The notes below the pieces were generated by a model. That model was not told the origin of the DNA and did no database searches. It worked only from the letters and a program-made list of their open reading frames with translations. The translations under genes were made by a program, and so were the position numbers. Below are positions 1-9,714 of a stretch of 64,000 nt of DNA, one piece after another. How positions within the stretch are numbered: position 1 is the stretch's first letter; each line of letters starts with the position of its first letter. This stretch comes from a virus: positions 5,450-69,449 of the IMG/VR virus record IMGVR_UViG_3300014887_000002. One strand, written 5' to 3'.

Positions 1-334
1 CAAAATCAAAGTCTGGCTTAGAATAGCGACAGGTGTAAATGGCTCTTATTTTATCGAAGCATTCTTTACAGATGCATGGACGTATCTAGAGCCTATCGGT
101 GCTATAATCTCCAATTTGCCAGTTAGAGCGATCAATAAGAGCTTTGACAGGAATCACTACCTGAAGTATCGACTCTTCTATTACTGTGGCAATGATCTAA
201 ACGCAAATGAGCTAATCAAAGGGCTGAGGAAATTCTGGTATTTCAAAGTCAAGACCAAGCTGGTGTATGTCAAATTCGAGCCTAGATTCAAGCTTGATGA
301 TGTCGTCCTAAAAACGATAATGAGGATGATCTGA
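1..334 (+). CDS. hypothetical early protein, 5'-truncated by window edge
   Basis: Frame of ORF 116..334 is open back to position 2 (KIKVWLRIATG...); stop overlaps next ATG. Confidence 0.6.
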   Translation, partial: KIKVWLRIATGVNGSYFIEAFFTDAWTYLEPIGAIISNLPVRAINKSFDRNHYLKYRLFYYCGNDLNANELIKGLRKFWYFKVKTKLVYVKFEPRFKLDDVVLKTIMRMI

Positions 335-909
335 TGGTCTATATACAGTGGCATGGGAATAGAAAGCTGAAGATACCAATATTCTCCCTGCCACCAGTAT
401 TCACATGCATCGGTGCTACAGAGCTGTGCAAGAAAATCTGCTATGGCAAGAAGGCGTGGATATATCCGATGGTCAGATATCACAGATGGATGAACTATGC
501 CGAGTCTCTAAAAGATGACTTTGTCGAGAAAATGATAGCTGAGCTGTCAAAGAAGAAATTCAGCAGATTTAGGCTTCATGAGACAGGAGATTTCTACAGC
601 CAAGAGTATCTAGACAAGTGGATCGAAATAGCCAAAGCCTTCCCAAAAGCTAAATTCTTAGCCTACACTAAATCATGGCAATTAGACTTTAGCCAGCTTC
701 CAGATAACTTCGTAGTCTACTACTCTGTGATGCCAGATACAAGGCGTTATCCAAAGACAAAGATGCCTTATGTCTATGTGATTGGCAAGGGCTTGATCTA
801 CAAAGAAGAGCCTAAAGGCTTCCTGTGTCCATATCCAGAGAAAGGCTGTGATGAATGCGGTTACAAATGCTGGGAAGGTGATAGGAATGTCATCTTCAAA
901 AAGCACTAG
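334..909 (+). CDS. GP88-like (gene product 88 family) protein
   Basis: Cys cluster CIGATELCKKICY, FRLHETGDFYSQEY, AYTK, C-terminal CP..C..C...CW resemble phage Gp88 family. Confidence 0.7.
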   Translation: MVYIQWHGNRKLKIPIFSLPPVFTCIGATELCKKICYGKKAWIYPMVRYHRWMNYAESLKDDFVEKMIAELSKKKFSRFRLHETGDFYSQEYLDKWIEIAKAFPKAKFLAYTKSWQLDFSQLPDNFVVYYSVMPDTRRYPKTKMPYVYVIGKGLIYKEEPKGFLCPYPEKGCDECGYKCWEGDRNVIFKKH

Positions 910-1171
910 TGAGCAATTGCTTGCCGATATTATCAAGAAAATAAAGCCGGACAAAGTTCTAGAAGCAATAGCCAATCCATCGTATATACATCTTCGCATG
1001 ATCAAAGGCGATGTAGAAATAACAGTCCATGATACTATACGAGCCTTGAAGTTCAAGACAAATGATATGGAGCTCATGCTGTGGCATCTCAAAGTCACAC
1101 CAGAAATTGTAGAATTCTGGTATTATCGCTTTCAAGATTTAGTTGTGAGTAGGCGTATAACAGAGGTGTGA
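848..1171 (+). CDS. hypothetical protein
   Basis: ORF in tightly packed operon; true start probably ATG ~887. Confidence 0.55.
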   Translation: MMNAVTNAGKVIGMSSSKSTSEQLLADIIKKIKPDKVLEAIANPSYIHLRMIKGDVEITVHDTIRALKFKTNDMELMLWHLKVTPEIVEFWYYRFQDLVVSRRITEV

Positions 1172-1575
1172 GCATGATCGATATAGATGGCATCCTCGAA
1201 TTGAAGATAGGCAAGACTAAACGGCGTTATCCATTTACCATATCTCGAATCTTTAAAGACAGAATCTGTTTCAGGATGCATGGCTTCAAATCTTCAGATA
1301 GATGGGCGTTTAAGCACATACTGGAATTCGCCTCACCGGATGACATCTTCATTGGCGTTCATGGAAGATATTCTAAGCGTGATGATACGGTCTATTTCAA
1401 TCTCTCCCTTCATTCCCACAAAGGCGAAATAGCTCAATTGCTTAAAGGCGATAAGATCTCATTGCCCTGCACATTCTACATCTGGTCTTGGGAGAAAAGC
1501 CTTAAGACTAACATCAAATTCACCTTCTATTTCAACGACCAAGGCTTAATGAAGCTGTTCAATAAGATCCTCTAA
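1168..1575 (+). CDS. hypothetical protein
   Basis: GAGGTG RBS, overlapping start/stop. Confidence 0.6.
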   Translation: MSMIDIDGILELKIGKTKRRYPFTISRIFKDRICFRMHGFKSSDRWAFKHILEFASPDDIFIGVHGRYSKRDDTVYFNLSLHSHKGEIAQLLKGDKISLPCTFYIWSWEKSLKTNIKFTFYFNDQGLMKLFNKIL

Positions 1576-1586
1576 GGTGATGGCTT

Positions 1587-1850
1587 ATGATGGAGCTGTC
1601 TTCGATGAGGCTGAAGATTAAAGTCAATGAGAATGGCAGATGGCGTTATTATTATGACATCGGACTACGGTCAGAGAATCCTCAGCTCTCGAAATGGGTC
1701 TATGACAGAGGCATTCTTAGACCACGCTTTCTAGAGGACTTCATTGAAAGATATGGTCGGGAGAATGTCATCATACTGTCTTGGGGCAAATATTGGCGAA
1801 GGAGAAATCAAATACTCCGACTCTTAGGTGAGAGAAATGCAAATAGCTAG
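1587..1850 (+). CDS. hypothetical protein
   Basis: GGTGA RBS upstream. Confidence 0.55.
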   Translation: MMELSSMRLKIKVNENGRWRYYYDIGLRSENPQLSKWVYDRGILRPRFLEDFIERYGRENVIILSWGKYWRRRNQILRLLGERNANS

Positions 1851-2145
1851 TGCTGTGAAAAAGCAATTGGTCAAGCTACACTTTGCAAGGATAGGCAAAA
1901 GCATCTGCAAGCAATTCAATTTAAAGAAATCGCCTATCATAGTCTTTAGTGAGACAGTAGCTTGGGATGTGTTTATGGGAGATATTCATCTCATCCTAAT
2001 TTATCGGCCAAAGAAACGAAATATCATGGTTCAGATTTCAGATTATAGCACTGGAAAGTCTGCATGTTATTATCTGAAGCCTTGGAAGCTGACAACCAGC
2101 TGGATAATCAAACGGCTTGAAGCGATGCTTATCAATTCGCTGTAA
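1828..2145 (+). CDS. hypothetical protein
   Basis: ORF in operon, GGTGAG RBS before ATG ~1837. Confidence 0.55.
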   Translation: MREMQIASAVKKQLVKLHFARIGKSICKQFNLKKSPIIVFSETVAWDVFMGDIHLILIYRPKKRNIMVQISDYSTGKSACYYLKPWKLTTSWIIKRLEAMLINSL

Positions 2146-2260
2146 AGGCCTCTAAAATCGATTCTGAGACGATTTTCTGACTTGCAAATGGTCTAATACT
2201 TATTTCGCTCAAACTCGTCTCTACGTGGCTAAAAAACCGCCTTTAAACGCAAATTTTGAG
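2141..2260 (+). repeat. dispersed ~120-bp quasi-palindromic element, copy A
   Basis: Core GCAAATGGTCTAATACTT flanked by GAGACGA / TCGTCTC arms; AAACTCGTCTCTACG (2211-2225) identical to 63092-63106. Confidence 0.8.
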
Positions 2261-2600
2261 GTGGTCTGCGATGTCAATATGGGATCTAGCTCTGGAGCGT
2301 CTCAAGGAGCTAGCAAACTACCTCATGAGGAATTATGGCTTTGACTCGACCAACTGGAGCGAGGTAGTGTCTGGTGTAATACTGTTCTATCTTCATGGAG
2401 ATGACATGTCACTGTCCATTCGATACTATCCTCGTGACTGCCTATTGGTTCTTGGCTTCTTGACTTGGAATATCCAGATTATGGAGAAGCTAACACCTGC
2501 ATATGAACAGTATTGGATCGATATCATCCGGGAGGACTTCCATAAGCTGACTCATTTAGTTGATGACTTCTTGCTTCGCCGTCTAGTGTCTCTGGTCTAG
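2256..2600 (+). CDS. hypothetical protein
   Basis: ORF; likely start ATG 2271 after GAGGTGG. Confidence 0.55.
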   Translation: MRWSAMSIWDLALERLKELANYLMRNYGFDSTNWSEVVSGVILFYLHGDDMSLSIRYYPRDCLLVLGFLTWNIQIMEKLTPAYEQYWIDIIREDFHKLTHLVDDFLLRRLVSLV

Positions 2601-2606
2601 GCATAA

Positions 2607-2624
2607 CCGAAAAATATTTATACT
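2607..2624 (+). promoter_or_regulatory. archaeal BRE + TATA promoter
   Basis: CCGAAAAATATTTATACT in an intergenic gap upstream of ORF 2670. Confidence 0.7.
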
Positions 2625-2669
2625 TTACTGCCCTATTAGAGTATACAATGGAGAAAGAGGAGAGAGAAG

Positions 2670-3020
2670 ATGACGCTGGGCAAGAAAAGTCAATACAGAT
2701 TCGATAGACTGCTATCAGAGCTGGACATTAGCTCTCTGCGATTCCTAAGACATAAATATCTGCAAGATATCAGCTACTACAGGCACAGTCATGACCTAAA
2801 TGTCCAAGACTATGCACAAGAATATAAGGAGCTACAGCAGAGGCTCAAAATGATCACAGAAGAGCTTAAACTGAGAGAACAGCTGTCAGCAGTGAGGCAT
2901 GAGCCGGACATATATTTCGAAGGCGACTATCTGGTTGTGTCTTATCCATCGGGCATAACCAGAAAGTATAATGTCCTAGAGGTGGATGGAGATATAGTCC
3001 TGAGTGAAATCTATGATTAG
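2670..3020 (+). CDS. hypothetical protein (coiled coil)
   Basis: GAGGAG RBS, downstream of TATA promoter. Confidence 0.6.
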   Translation: MTLGKKSQYRFDRLLSELDISSLRFLRHKYLQDISYYRHSHDLNVQDYAQEYKELQQRLKMITEELKLREQLSAVRHEPDIYFEGDYLVVSYPSGITRKYNVLEVDGDIVLSEIYD

Positions 3021-3459
3021 ACGGTCAGACTATGAGGATCTCACAGCAGATGAATTAAGACAGCTCATAAAGGAGCATAAGCTTGCGTTAAAGATTCTGC
3101 AAAGTCTGTATGGTGAATGCAGAGCCGAAGAAGAGAAAGTAGCAGACTTAGACATCCTCATAGACATCTTACTGGATAATCTTGGCTATAGCAAGCACAC
3201 CATTCTCTTCACCGATGCAAAAGCATTAGGCAAGTCCTATTTAGAAGACAGCAAATTCAAGAAAAGGCATGGCCGGAAGAATATAGAACTGCTAGCGACA
3301 GTTACTGTGGCAGAAGTCCTAGACTACTATGACTACAGCTATGAAATTGATGAGCTACTGTCTGTCTTTGGCGTAGATAAGAAGAGGTTCTTTCGTGAAA
3401 AGAGCCGTATAGAGGAATACGCCTCTACGGTCTATTGGAAACAGCCCAAAAGGAGGTGA
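3004..3459 (+). CDS. hypothetical protein
   Basis: ORF in operon. Confidence 0.55.
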   Translation: MKSMIRRSDYEDLTADELRQLIKEHKLALKILQSLYGECRAEEEKVADLDILIDILLDNLGYSKHTILFTDAKALGKSYLEDSKFKKRHGRKNIELLATVTVAEVLDYYDYSYEIDELLSVFGVDKKRFFREKSRIEEYASTVYWKQPKRR

Positions 3460-3469
3460 TCATTAAGGC

Positions 3470-3727
3470 ATGTTCGAAGAAGAATATCCAGAAGAGTATA
3501 AGACCATCACAAAGGCACTATACAAGGCCATTAGAGCATTCTACAAGGAGATTGAGAAAGCAGGCTATGACGGTGCATATTTCCCGCTGAAGATAAGCGT
3601 ATTTGAGCTGTCCTACGACTTTGAGGACATCTTGGAAGTTCTCAGTTGGGACAATTTAGGCTCTACCGTTACCAGACATGAGATATTGAAGGTTGCAAAA
3701 GAAATAAAGAATGAGGAGGTGAAATGA
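3470..3727 (+). CDS. hypothetical protein
   Basis: GGAGGTGA RBS. Confidence 0.6.
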   Translation: MFEEEYPEEYKTITKALYKAIRAFYKEIEKAGYDGAYFPLKISVFELSYDFEDILEVLSWDNLGSTVTRHEILKVAKEIKNEEVK

Positions 3728-3728
3728 T

Positions 3729-4349
3729 ATGGGAAGGGTCTTAACATGGGAAGAGGCTAAGAAACTATTAGAGCAACAGCCAAGACGCCTAATAATCCGG
3801 GAAGAGCATGGCGAAGTCGAAATCGCCTTCAGAAGTCCAATTGAAGCCATAGAACCCGGCGACACTGACTTAACTGGATACACTTGGAGTCCGCCAGAAG
3901 GAGCAGAATGGACAAAGCATGAGGCTAAGGTCGAATACAATGGAGTGACACATATCCTCAGCCTAGGCGGGCCTAAGTCTCCGCTTCTGTTAGGCATCCT
4001 AAACTACTGCATAGAAAACAACATCAAGCCTGAGGAGATAGTTGGCACTAAATGGAGAATAAAGCGAGAAGGCAACAGGTATGACATCACCTTCCTTGGT
4101 AAAGAAGGCACTGAAATCAACGAGGATGACGACTACAAGAAAATCAAGGAGGCCATAGAGTCCATCAAGAAGGATATGCCAGAGTATTTAAGCAACGGCA
4201 TAGCCAAAGACGAGTTCATTAGCGGCGTAGTCATAAAGGCGAATATGCTGGGCTATACTGATATAACTCGTGAGACTGTCGAGAAGCATTTTGAGAAGTT
4301 GTTAAGTGATGGCATCATTAAGGAAGAAGCAGGCTTGGTGAAGAGCTAA
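3729..4349 (+). CDS. hypothetical protein, possibly ssDNA-binding (beta-rich N-terminus, winged-helix-like C-terminus)
   Basis: GGAGGTGA RBS; first gene of replication block; function inferred from position only. Confidence 0.4.
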   Translation: MGRVLTWEEAKKLLEQQPRRLIIREEHGEVEIAFRSPIEAIEPGDTDLTGYTWSPPEGAEWTKHEAKVEYNGVTHILSLGGPKSPLLLGILNYCIENNIKPEEIVGTKWRIKREGNRYDITFLGKEGTEINEDDDYKKIKEAIESIKKDMPEYLSNGIAKDEFISGVVIKANMLGYTDITRETVEKHFEKLLSDGIIKEEAGLVKS

Positions 4350-5257
4350 TGAAAATACATTGCCATAATGACGCAGACGGTGTCACCTCCGCCTTATTTG
4401 TTTGGTATGCCTATCCAGAAAGCGAAATACTAATGAAGGCAGAATTCGGTGATACTAGTGACTGGGAATCAGGCGACATAATGGTCGATATGAGGCCTAA
4501 TGATCCGAGCATAGAAGGGCTGGTCATAGATCATCATCCCGGCCATCCAGAAAATCGCAAATACGAGTTGATATGGGATGTCTATCCAGCCTCATACATC
4601 GCCTTTAATCGCTTCAAAGACTATATTCCAAAGTCGCAGTATTGGAAGCTTGCGATAGGCTTAGGCGGAGACAATCAGCTAGAACTGTTAGATGCAGAAA
4701 TCTTCGAGACAGAGCCACAACTCCTTTACAAAGTCAAGACCTACGCCTACCAGAGCTATGGCTCATGGCAACTAGCCTATTATCCACTCTATAAACTTCT
4801 TTCCTCATTGGTTAACAGCCTAATCAGAATTGGACAGTATGAAGATGCCATCAATCTAGTTAGATTTGCAGAAAGGCCATTGGACATCTACCACTCCCAA
4901 ATAGCCCAAGAGGCTAGAGCAAAAGTAAGAGACGAAGTCAAGCATATTATGTCCACCTGCGATATCATCAACCTCAGAGATGTCCATGTAGTGATCTTTG
5001 ATTCAGAATACAAGCTTACTGGCTATATCGCTTCACTCATAGAGGCTTCTAAGGACACCTATGGCTCAACCATTATCGCCATTAATCGCATGGACGGCTC
5101 CTTATCTGTGAGAGGAGATTTGGCATTATACATCAAGTCTAAGGTAGCGTCATTGCCTTACATCGAAATAGACGGACATCCCGGCTTTATGGGTGGCAGA
5201 ATTAAGCAAAATGCCTATAAGTTCATAGATGACTTAGCAAAGCTATTGCAGATATGA
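4349..5257 (+). CDS. DHH-family phosphoesterase (RecJ-like)
   Basis: HNDADG, DMRP, IDHH motifs; C-terminal DGHPGFMGG resembles DHHA1 GGH motif. Confidence 0.8.
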   Translation: MKIHCHNDADGVTSALFVWYAYPESEILMKAEFGDTSDWESGDIMVDMRPNDPSIEGLVIDHHPGHPENRKYELIWDVYPASYIAFNRFKDYIPKSQYWKLAIGLGGDNQLELLDAEIFETEPQLLYKVKTYAYQSYGSWQLAYYPLYKLLSSLVNSLIRIGQYEDAINLVRFAERPLDIYHSQIAQEARAKVRDEVKHIMSTCDIINLRDVHVVIFDSEYKLTGYIASLIEASKDTYGSTIIAINRMDGSLSVRGDLALYIKSKVASLPYIEIDGHPGFMGGRIKQNAYKFIDDLAKLLQI

Positions 5258-6303
5258 AGATAGAGAGCGTATCTTTCGACAATGATGGCATTGCACGCAT
5301 TGAAGTTCTATCTGACTCCAACAATCGCTATGTCGTTTGCATTGACAGTGACACGCTAAAGACTTGGTGTGATTGTCCCAGATGGGTCTATAAGAAAGAG
5401 CAGTGTAAGCATATAAAATTTGTCTTAGCTAATGTCAATTTAGCTGGCTTAAAGAGGAGGAATAATATGGAGCTGTTGAAGAGTGGTTGTGCGACAATAG
5501 ACAGTCTATTAGGAGGAGGCTTCCCATACGGCATGGTCGTCTCAGTAACGGCAGAGCCTAATATAGGCAAGACCAAATTGGGTCTCCAGCTAGCAGTAGC
5601 GAATATCAAGCAGAAATGCAAGCATTCGATAATAATCGAGACTGAAGGCGAGTCCTTTGAAGACCACCTAGTCCTGATGAAGAAATTTGCGGTGAGATAT
5701 GGCCTATCAGAACAGGACTTAGTTAAGCACATAAAATACTATCAGACCATAGGCGACGTCAAAGAATACGGCATCCAGAAATTGATGAAGCTATTGGGAT
5801 ATGACCTAAAGCTGACGCTATCAAAAGGCGGCAAATTCTCGACTGACTTCACACAGACTAAGCTCGGCATAGATGAGACAGTCCTAAAGAATTCATCCTT
5901 CATGCTCATAGACTCGATCACTACGCCTATTAAAGAATCAGTTGGCTCTGAGACACAGAATCTACCTGCTAGAGCCTCTATAGTCCAACGGCTATATGGC
6001 AGGCTTTATCAGCTTGCTAAGACCTACAATTTGCTGGTCGTAGTAAATCATCATACATCTGTCAATCCAGTCATGCCATTTGGAAAAGACCTAGGCAAGA
6101 TATATGGGGGTCAGCCTGTCCTATACAATTCAAAATATGCGATTCAGCTTCTGCCATCCACTAATGAACTTAGAAAGAAATATTATCAGGGCTTTGAGAA
6201 TGAAGCAAGACGTATCCGATTAATAAGACATCCGTATATTATAGCAGATGGGAAGCTGTATAACATTAGACTGAAGAAAGACTATGGCTTCTGCGACTTG
6301 TAA
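5254..6303 (+). CDS. radA: SWIM zinc finger fused to RadA/RecA-family ATPase
   Basis: CDCPRW..CKHI SWIM; SGCATIDSLLGGG, Walker A AEPNIGKT, Walker B MLIDSI. Confidence 0.8.
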   Translation: MKIESVSFDNDGIARIEVLSDSNNRYVVCIDSDTLKTWCDCPRWVYKKEQCKHIKFVLANVNLAGLKRRNNMELLKSGCATIDSLLGGGFPYGMVVSVTAEPNIGKTKLGLQLAVANIKQKCKHSIIIETEGESFEDHLVLMKKFAVRYGLSEQDLVKHIKYYQTIGDVKEYGIQKLMKLLGYDLKLTLSKGGKFSTDFTQTKLGIDETVLKNSSFMLIDSITTPIKESVGSETQNLPARASIVQRLYGRLYQLAKTYNLLVVVNHHTSVNPVMPFGKDLGKIYGGQPVLYNSKYAIQLLPSTNELRKKYYQGFENEARRIRLIRHPYIIADGKLYNIRLKKDYGFCDL

Positions 6304-6568
6304 TCTAAACATTAAAGAGATATACGAAATCCTGGAATTCTGGCGAGATCTAGGAGGAGAAGCATCCTTACTTTGGGAAAGCAATGAACCTGTGCTCAGC
6401 TTGATATACAGACCAGCTCCACTTGAAGAAAGAATAATGATTTACAGACTACATTCTGAAGAGCTCATAGATTTCCAAACAAATAAGAGGAAGTCTATAT
6501 CTGTAGAGGATATCAAAAAAGAGCTGTTAGACGTCATGATCAAATGGAAATTTGAGGCCTCTTTATGA
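6284..6568 (+). CDS. hypothetical protein
   Basis: ORF overlapping neighbours. Confidence 0.55.
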   Translation: MASATCNLNIKEIYEILEFWRDLGGEASLLWESNEPVLSLIYRPAPLEERIMIYRLHSEELIDFQTNKRKSISVEDIKKELLDVMIKWKFEASL

Positions 6569-7197
6569 TTGTAGCTGATAGTCGAGAGCCTAGATACATC
6601 ATCAATAGTCTAAAGGCAAATGGCATAAATGTGACCCGCGATTTCCTTGAGATCGGCGATTATTTATTGCCGGGTGATACAGTCATTGAGCGGAAATCAG
6701 CCTCAGACTTCATACTCTCCATCAGGGATAATCGCCTATGGAACCAGCTAGAGAACTTAAAGCAGTATCAACATGCCGTCGTAATAATCGAGACTGAGGA
6801 TATCTGGAAGGATATGTATTTCACCAATTGCCGGTATATCCACAAGTCCTATTTCGGAGCAATAAGCTCAATAGCCATCTCATTCGGTATTCCAGTCATC
6901 ACAGTCGAATCTAGAGAAGACACTATCAGACTTATTGAGGCCATCTATAAACGAGTCACATCAGAAGGCTCAAGTGAAAGGCCTGTCAAGAAGCTGAGAA
7001 AATCAAAATCTATTCAGGAGGTCAAAGAAGACATGCTAGCACAAATACCCGGCTTGTCAATTAAGAAGTCAAAGAAGCTCTTAGAGAAATTCAAGACTGT
7101 CCACAGCATTGCCAATGCGAAAGAGGAAGAGTTTGTGCAAGTGGAAGGCATAGGCAAGAAATTGGCTAAGACTATTTGGAATGTCTTCCATTCATGA
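6565..7197 (+). CDS. ERCC4/XPF-family structure-specific nuclease with (HhH)2
   Basis: DSRE, GDY, IERKSASD motifs; IPGL and VEGIGKK HhH motifs. Confidence 0.9.
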   Translation: MIVADSREPRYIINSLKANGINVTRDFLEIGDYLLPGDTVIERKSASDFILSIRDNRLWNQLENLKQYQHAVVIIETEDIWKDMYFTNCRYIHKSYFGAISSIAISFGIPVITVESREDTIRLIEAIYKRVTSEGSSERPVKKLRKSKSIQEVKEDMLAQIPGLSIKKSKKLLEKFKTVHSIANAKEEEFVQVEGIGKKLAKTIWNVFHS

Positions 7198-7206
7198 GGT
7201 GGTGAT

Positions 7207-7518
7207 ATGGCTGATAAGTCAAGGATCTTAGAATTGCTGATGGAGCTTGGATATGGGACTATAGCTAATTTCGAAGACCTAAATCTAGACGGCGTAATAA
7301 GCTGGCTAGAAAACGAGAAGCTAGCCCATCTAGAAGATCTGAAGAAGATAGCAGAGGCTATAGAGCTCATTGAGGATTACAAGAAGGAGCATGACGAGAA
7401 CTTCATAAAGGTGAAATGCCCGTATTGTAGAGCTACAGGCTATATCCAGTCTGAGAAGCATAAGACCATATGCCCACTCTGCAAAGGACGGTCATTCATT
7501 TGGGCTGAGAAGTGGTAG
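7207..7518 (+). CDS. zinc-finger protein
   Basis: CPYCRATG...CPLCKG (DnaJ-like CxxCxxxG pair). Confidence 0.6.
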   Translation: MADKSRILELLMELGYGTIANFEDLNLDGVISWLENEKLAHLEDLKKIAEAIELIEDYKKEHDENFIKVKCPYCRATGYIQSEKHKTICPLCKGRSFIWAEKW

Positions 7519-7519
7519 T

Positions 7520-8185
7520 ATGGCGTCTGTGAATCCGTTTAATCTAAAGAAAGACGAGCTACTGATATTCCTAACGGGCAGATGTAAGCACCATCATTTC
7601 TACTATGAGCATCCAGCGTGTTTCCTTAAAGAGCTAGGCAAAGAGCCAAAGAGAGGCTTCTTAGACATCGAGGTCTCTAATCTGCATGCAGACTTCGGCA
7701 TAGTCCTATCCTATGCAATCAAGGTCGAGAATAAGCGAAAGATATATGCCGGCGTCATAACAAAGGAGGAGCTAACAAATGGAACTTTGGATAAGCGGGT
7801 AGTCCAAGAATGCATTAGAGACATGATGAAATTTGATGAAATCATAACTTATAATGGGACTCGGTTTGACTTGCCTTATCTCCGATCTAGAGCTCTGCAT
7901 TGGGGCTTAGAATTTCCGAAATATGGCTATATCAAGCACAAAGACGCCTACTACATGGTCAGGAACCGGCTTAGACTTCATCGCAATAAATTGGAGGACG
8001 CATGCAGATTACTTGGCATTAAGGGCAAAACACATCTGGATGGAACACAGTGGGTCAAAGCATTGACAGGCGATAAGAAGGCTCTAAAGTATGTCCTAGA
8101 CCACAACAAGAAGGATGTCATCATTTTAGAGGAGCTATATCACAGGCTGAGGGATTATGTCAAAGAAGTCAGACGCAGTATATAG
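7520..8185 (+). CDS. RNase H-like 3'-5' exonuclease (DnaQ/YprB-like)
   Basis: LDIE, TYNGTRFDLPYL, HNKKDV DEDD-type motifs. Confidence 0.85.
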   Translation: MASVNPFNLKKDELLIFLTGRCKHHHFYYEHPACFLKELGKEPKRGFLDIEVSNLHADFGIVLSYAIKVENKRKIYAGVITKEELTNGTLDKRVVQECIRDMMKFDEIITYNGTRFDLPYLRSRALHWGLEFPKYGYIKHKDAYYMVRNRLRLHRNKLEDACRLLGIKGKTHLDGTQWVKALTGDKKALKYVLDHNKKDVIILEELYHRLRDYVKEVRRSI

Positions 8186-8426
8186 CCAGATAGTCCGCTT
8201 CCTTAAGGCGAGAGGCTTCAAGATACTAGAGAACAAAGCTCTTCCAGTAGATAATTGGCATGAGCTCATAGCAGAAAAAGGCTCAATCTATCTCTCCTTC
8301 TTATGGAACCCATCGGAAGAAAGCATCCTGTATGTCATACTAGCTGGTGGAGACACTCGAAGTGGTGAAACTACAGCTAGCCGTCTAGAGAAGGATTTCT
8401 TCACTTCGCTGGTGATGTTGCTATGA
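8157..8426 (+). CDS. hypothetical protein
   Basis: ORF overlapping neighbours. Confidence 0.55.
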   Translation: MSKKSDAVYSQIVRFLKARGFKILENKALPVDNWHELIAEKGSIYLSFLWNPSEESILYVILAGGDTRSGETTASRLEKDFFTSLVMLL

Positions 8427-9319
8427 GCATGTTTGAATTCCTGGGCGGCTATAGATTCTTCGGACATTGGAAGCAGTCTAGAATCTATAACAAAGAGCAG
8501 TTACGGGACATGCTCTCTAGATGGGCTGGGCTAGATGATTGTGGCATAACTATATCCACATTCAAGGATGGCATTCCGATCCTTCTTTTCATTCCCTTTG
8601 ACTTTGATTCGAGTGATTTAAAGCTTGCGTTTGAAGAGGCTGTTAGGACATTCAACTTCTTCACGTCCTTAGGCTATAAGACCTGGCTTAATTATACCGG
8701 CAATAGAGGTTTTCATGTTCTGGTCAAGACTAAGCCAGAGTACTATTCGAAATATCAGCTCAAGACATTCCAGAGCCAAATCAGACTGTTGCTTAATCTC
8801 ACAACTTGTGATGCCCAGATATTTGGCGATTATAGGCGATTAATTCGCATACCATCGACCTATCACAGGAACGGAGGCCTAGCTCAAGTCCTCGCTACAG
8901 ACGGCTTCAGAGAGCTAGACTTGAATCAGTTTGTCCGGGACACCATCCCAGTCAATGGCATCTTAAAGAAATCTGCAATCAGCAGAGCTAGATACCATGA
9001 ATATCCGTGCATAGAGACAATAGTCAGAGAGGATCCAGAGCCTTCACAGCTTATCCGGTTTGCATATGTTGTGCTTAGATTAGCAGAAGGCTATACGCCA
9101 GAGCAAATATTCGAGGAGATCAAGTCATTTGGCTGGATAGACTTCGATGAACGAAAGACGATCTATCAGATAAATCATATAGCAAGCAGAGACTACAGGC
9201 CACCATCATGCAGGACTTTGCGTGATTTAGGCTACTGCATAATCCCAAATTGCAGATTTAGAAATAAGCCTAGGCAGGACTGGATAGACCGATATCCACA
9301 TTTAGAGCGATATCTCTAG
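8423..9319 (+). CDS. archaeo-eukaryotic primase with fused PriL/PriX-like C-terminal domain
   Basis: FDFD, TGNRGFH, RLIRIPSTYH; C-terminal YPCI...PPSCRTL...YC...C. Confidence 0.85.
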   Translation: MSMFEFLGGYRFFGHWKQSRIYNKEQLRDMLSRWAGLDDCGITISTFKDGIPILLFIPFDFDSSDLKLAFEEAVRTFNFFTSLGYKTWLNYTGNRGFHVLVKTKPEYYSKYQLKTFQSQIRLLLNLTTCDAQIFGDYRRLIRIPSTYHRNGGLAQVLATDGFRELDLNQFVRDTIPVNGILKKSAISRARYHEYPCIETIVREDPEPSQLIRFAYVVLRLAEGYTPEQIFEEIKSFGWIDFDERKTIYQINHIASRDYRPPSCRTLRDLGYCIIPNCRFRNKPRQDWIDRYPHLERYL

Positions 9320-9331
9320 GAGGTGAAATAA

Positions 9332-9478
9332 ATGGCGAAATGTGCTTTCTGCATTCATTTCGATGGGGAGAGATGCAAATACAAGGATGAGAAGATAGAC
9401 GACCCATACAAAGATGTTGAATGTGAGGCCTACATCGACAAGTATCTTGCAATTGCTATGGCGGAGGAACTGATATGA
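9332..9478 (+). CDS. small Cys-rich protein (48 aa, not in ORF track)
   Basis: GGAGGTGA RBS; MAKCAFCIHFDGERC...VECEAY; stop overlaps next ATG. Confidence 0.6.
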   Translation: MAKCAFCIHFDGERCKYKDEKIDDPYKDVECEAYIDKYLAIAMAEELI

Positions 9479-9714
9479 TGGAAGTCCTTTGGACTGGAGT
9501 CTGCATCTTTATGCTAGTGCTATTTCTCGGATACTACATCAAGGCAGTGGTCAAAGAGACACTGCGAATCAAAAGCATCTTAAATGAAAGCCAGGATTTG
9601 CTGACAGAATACATCAGAGAGTTGCTGTATAAATCTGAAACAGAGAAGGCAGAGACTAAGAAGACTAAATCTGAAAAGAAGGACGATATGATTTATATGA
9701 AGGCATATGTGTGA
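9475..9714 (+). CDS. small membrane protein
   Basis: N-terminal hydrophobic helix. Confidence 0.55.
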   Translation: MMEVLWTGVCIFMLVLFLGYYIKAVVKETLRIKSILNESQDLLTEYIRELLYKSETEKAETKKTKSEKKDDMIYMKAYV

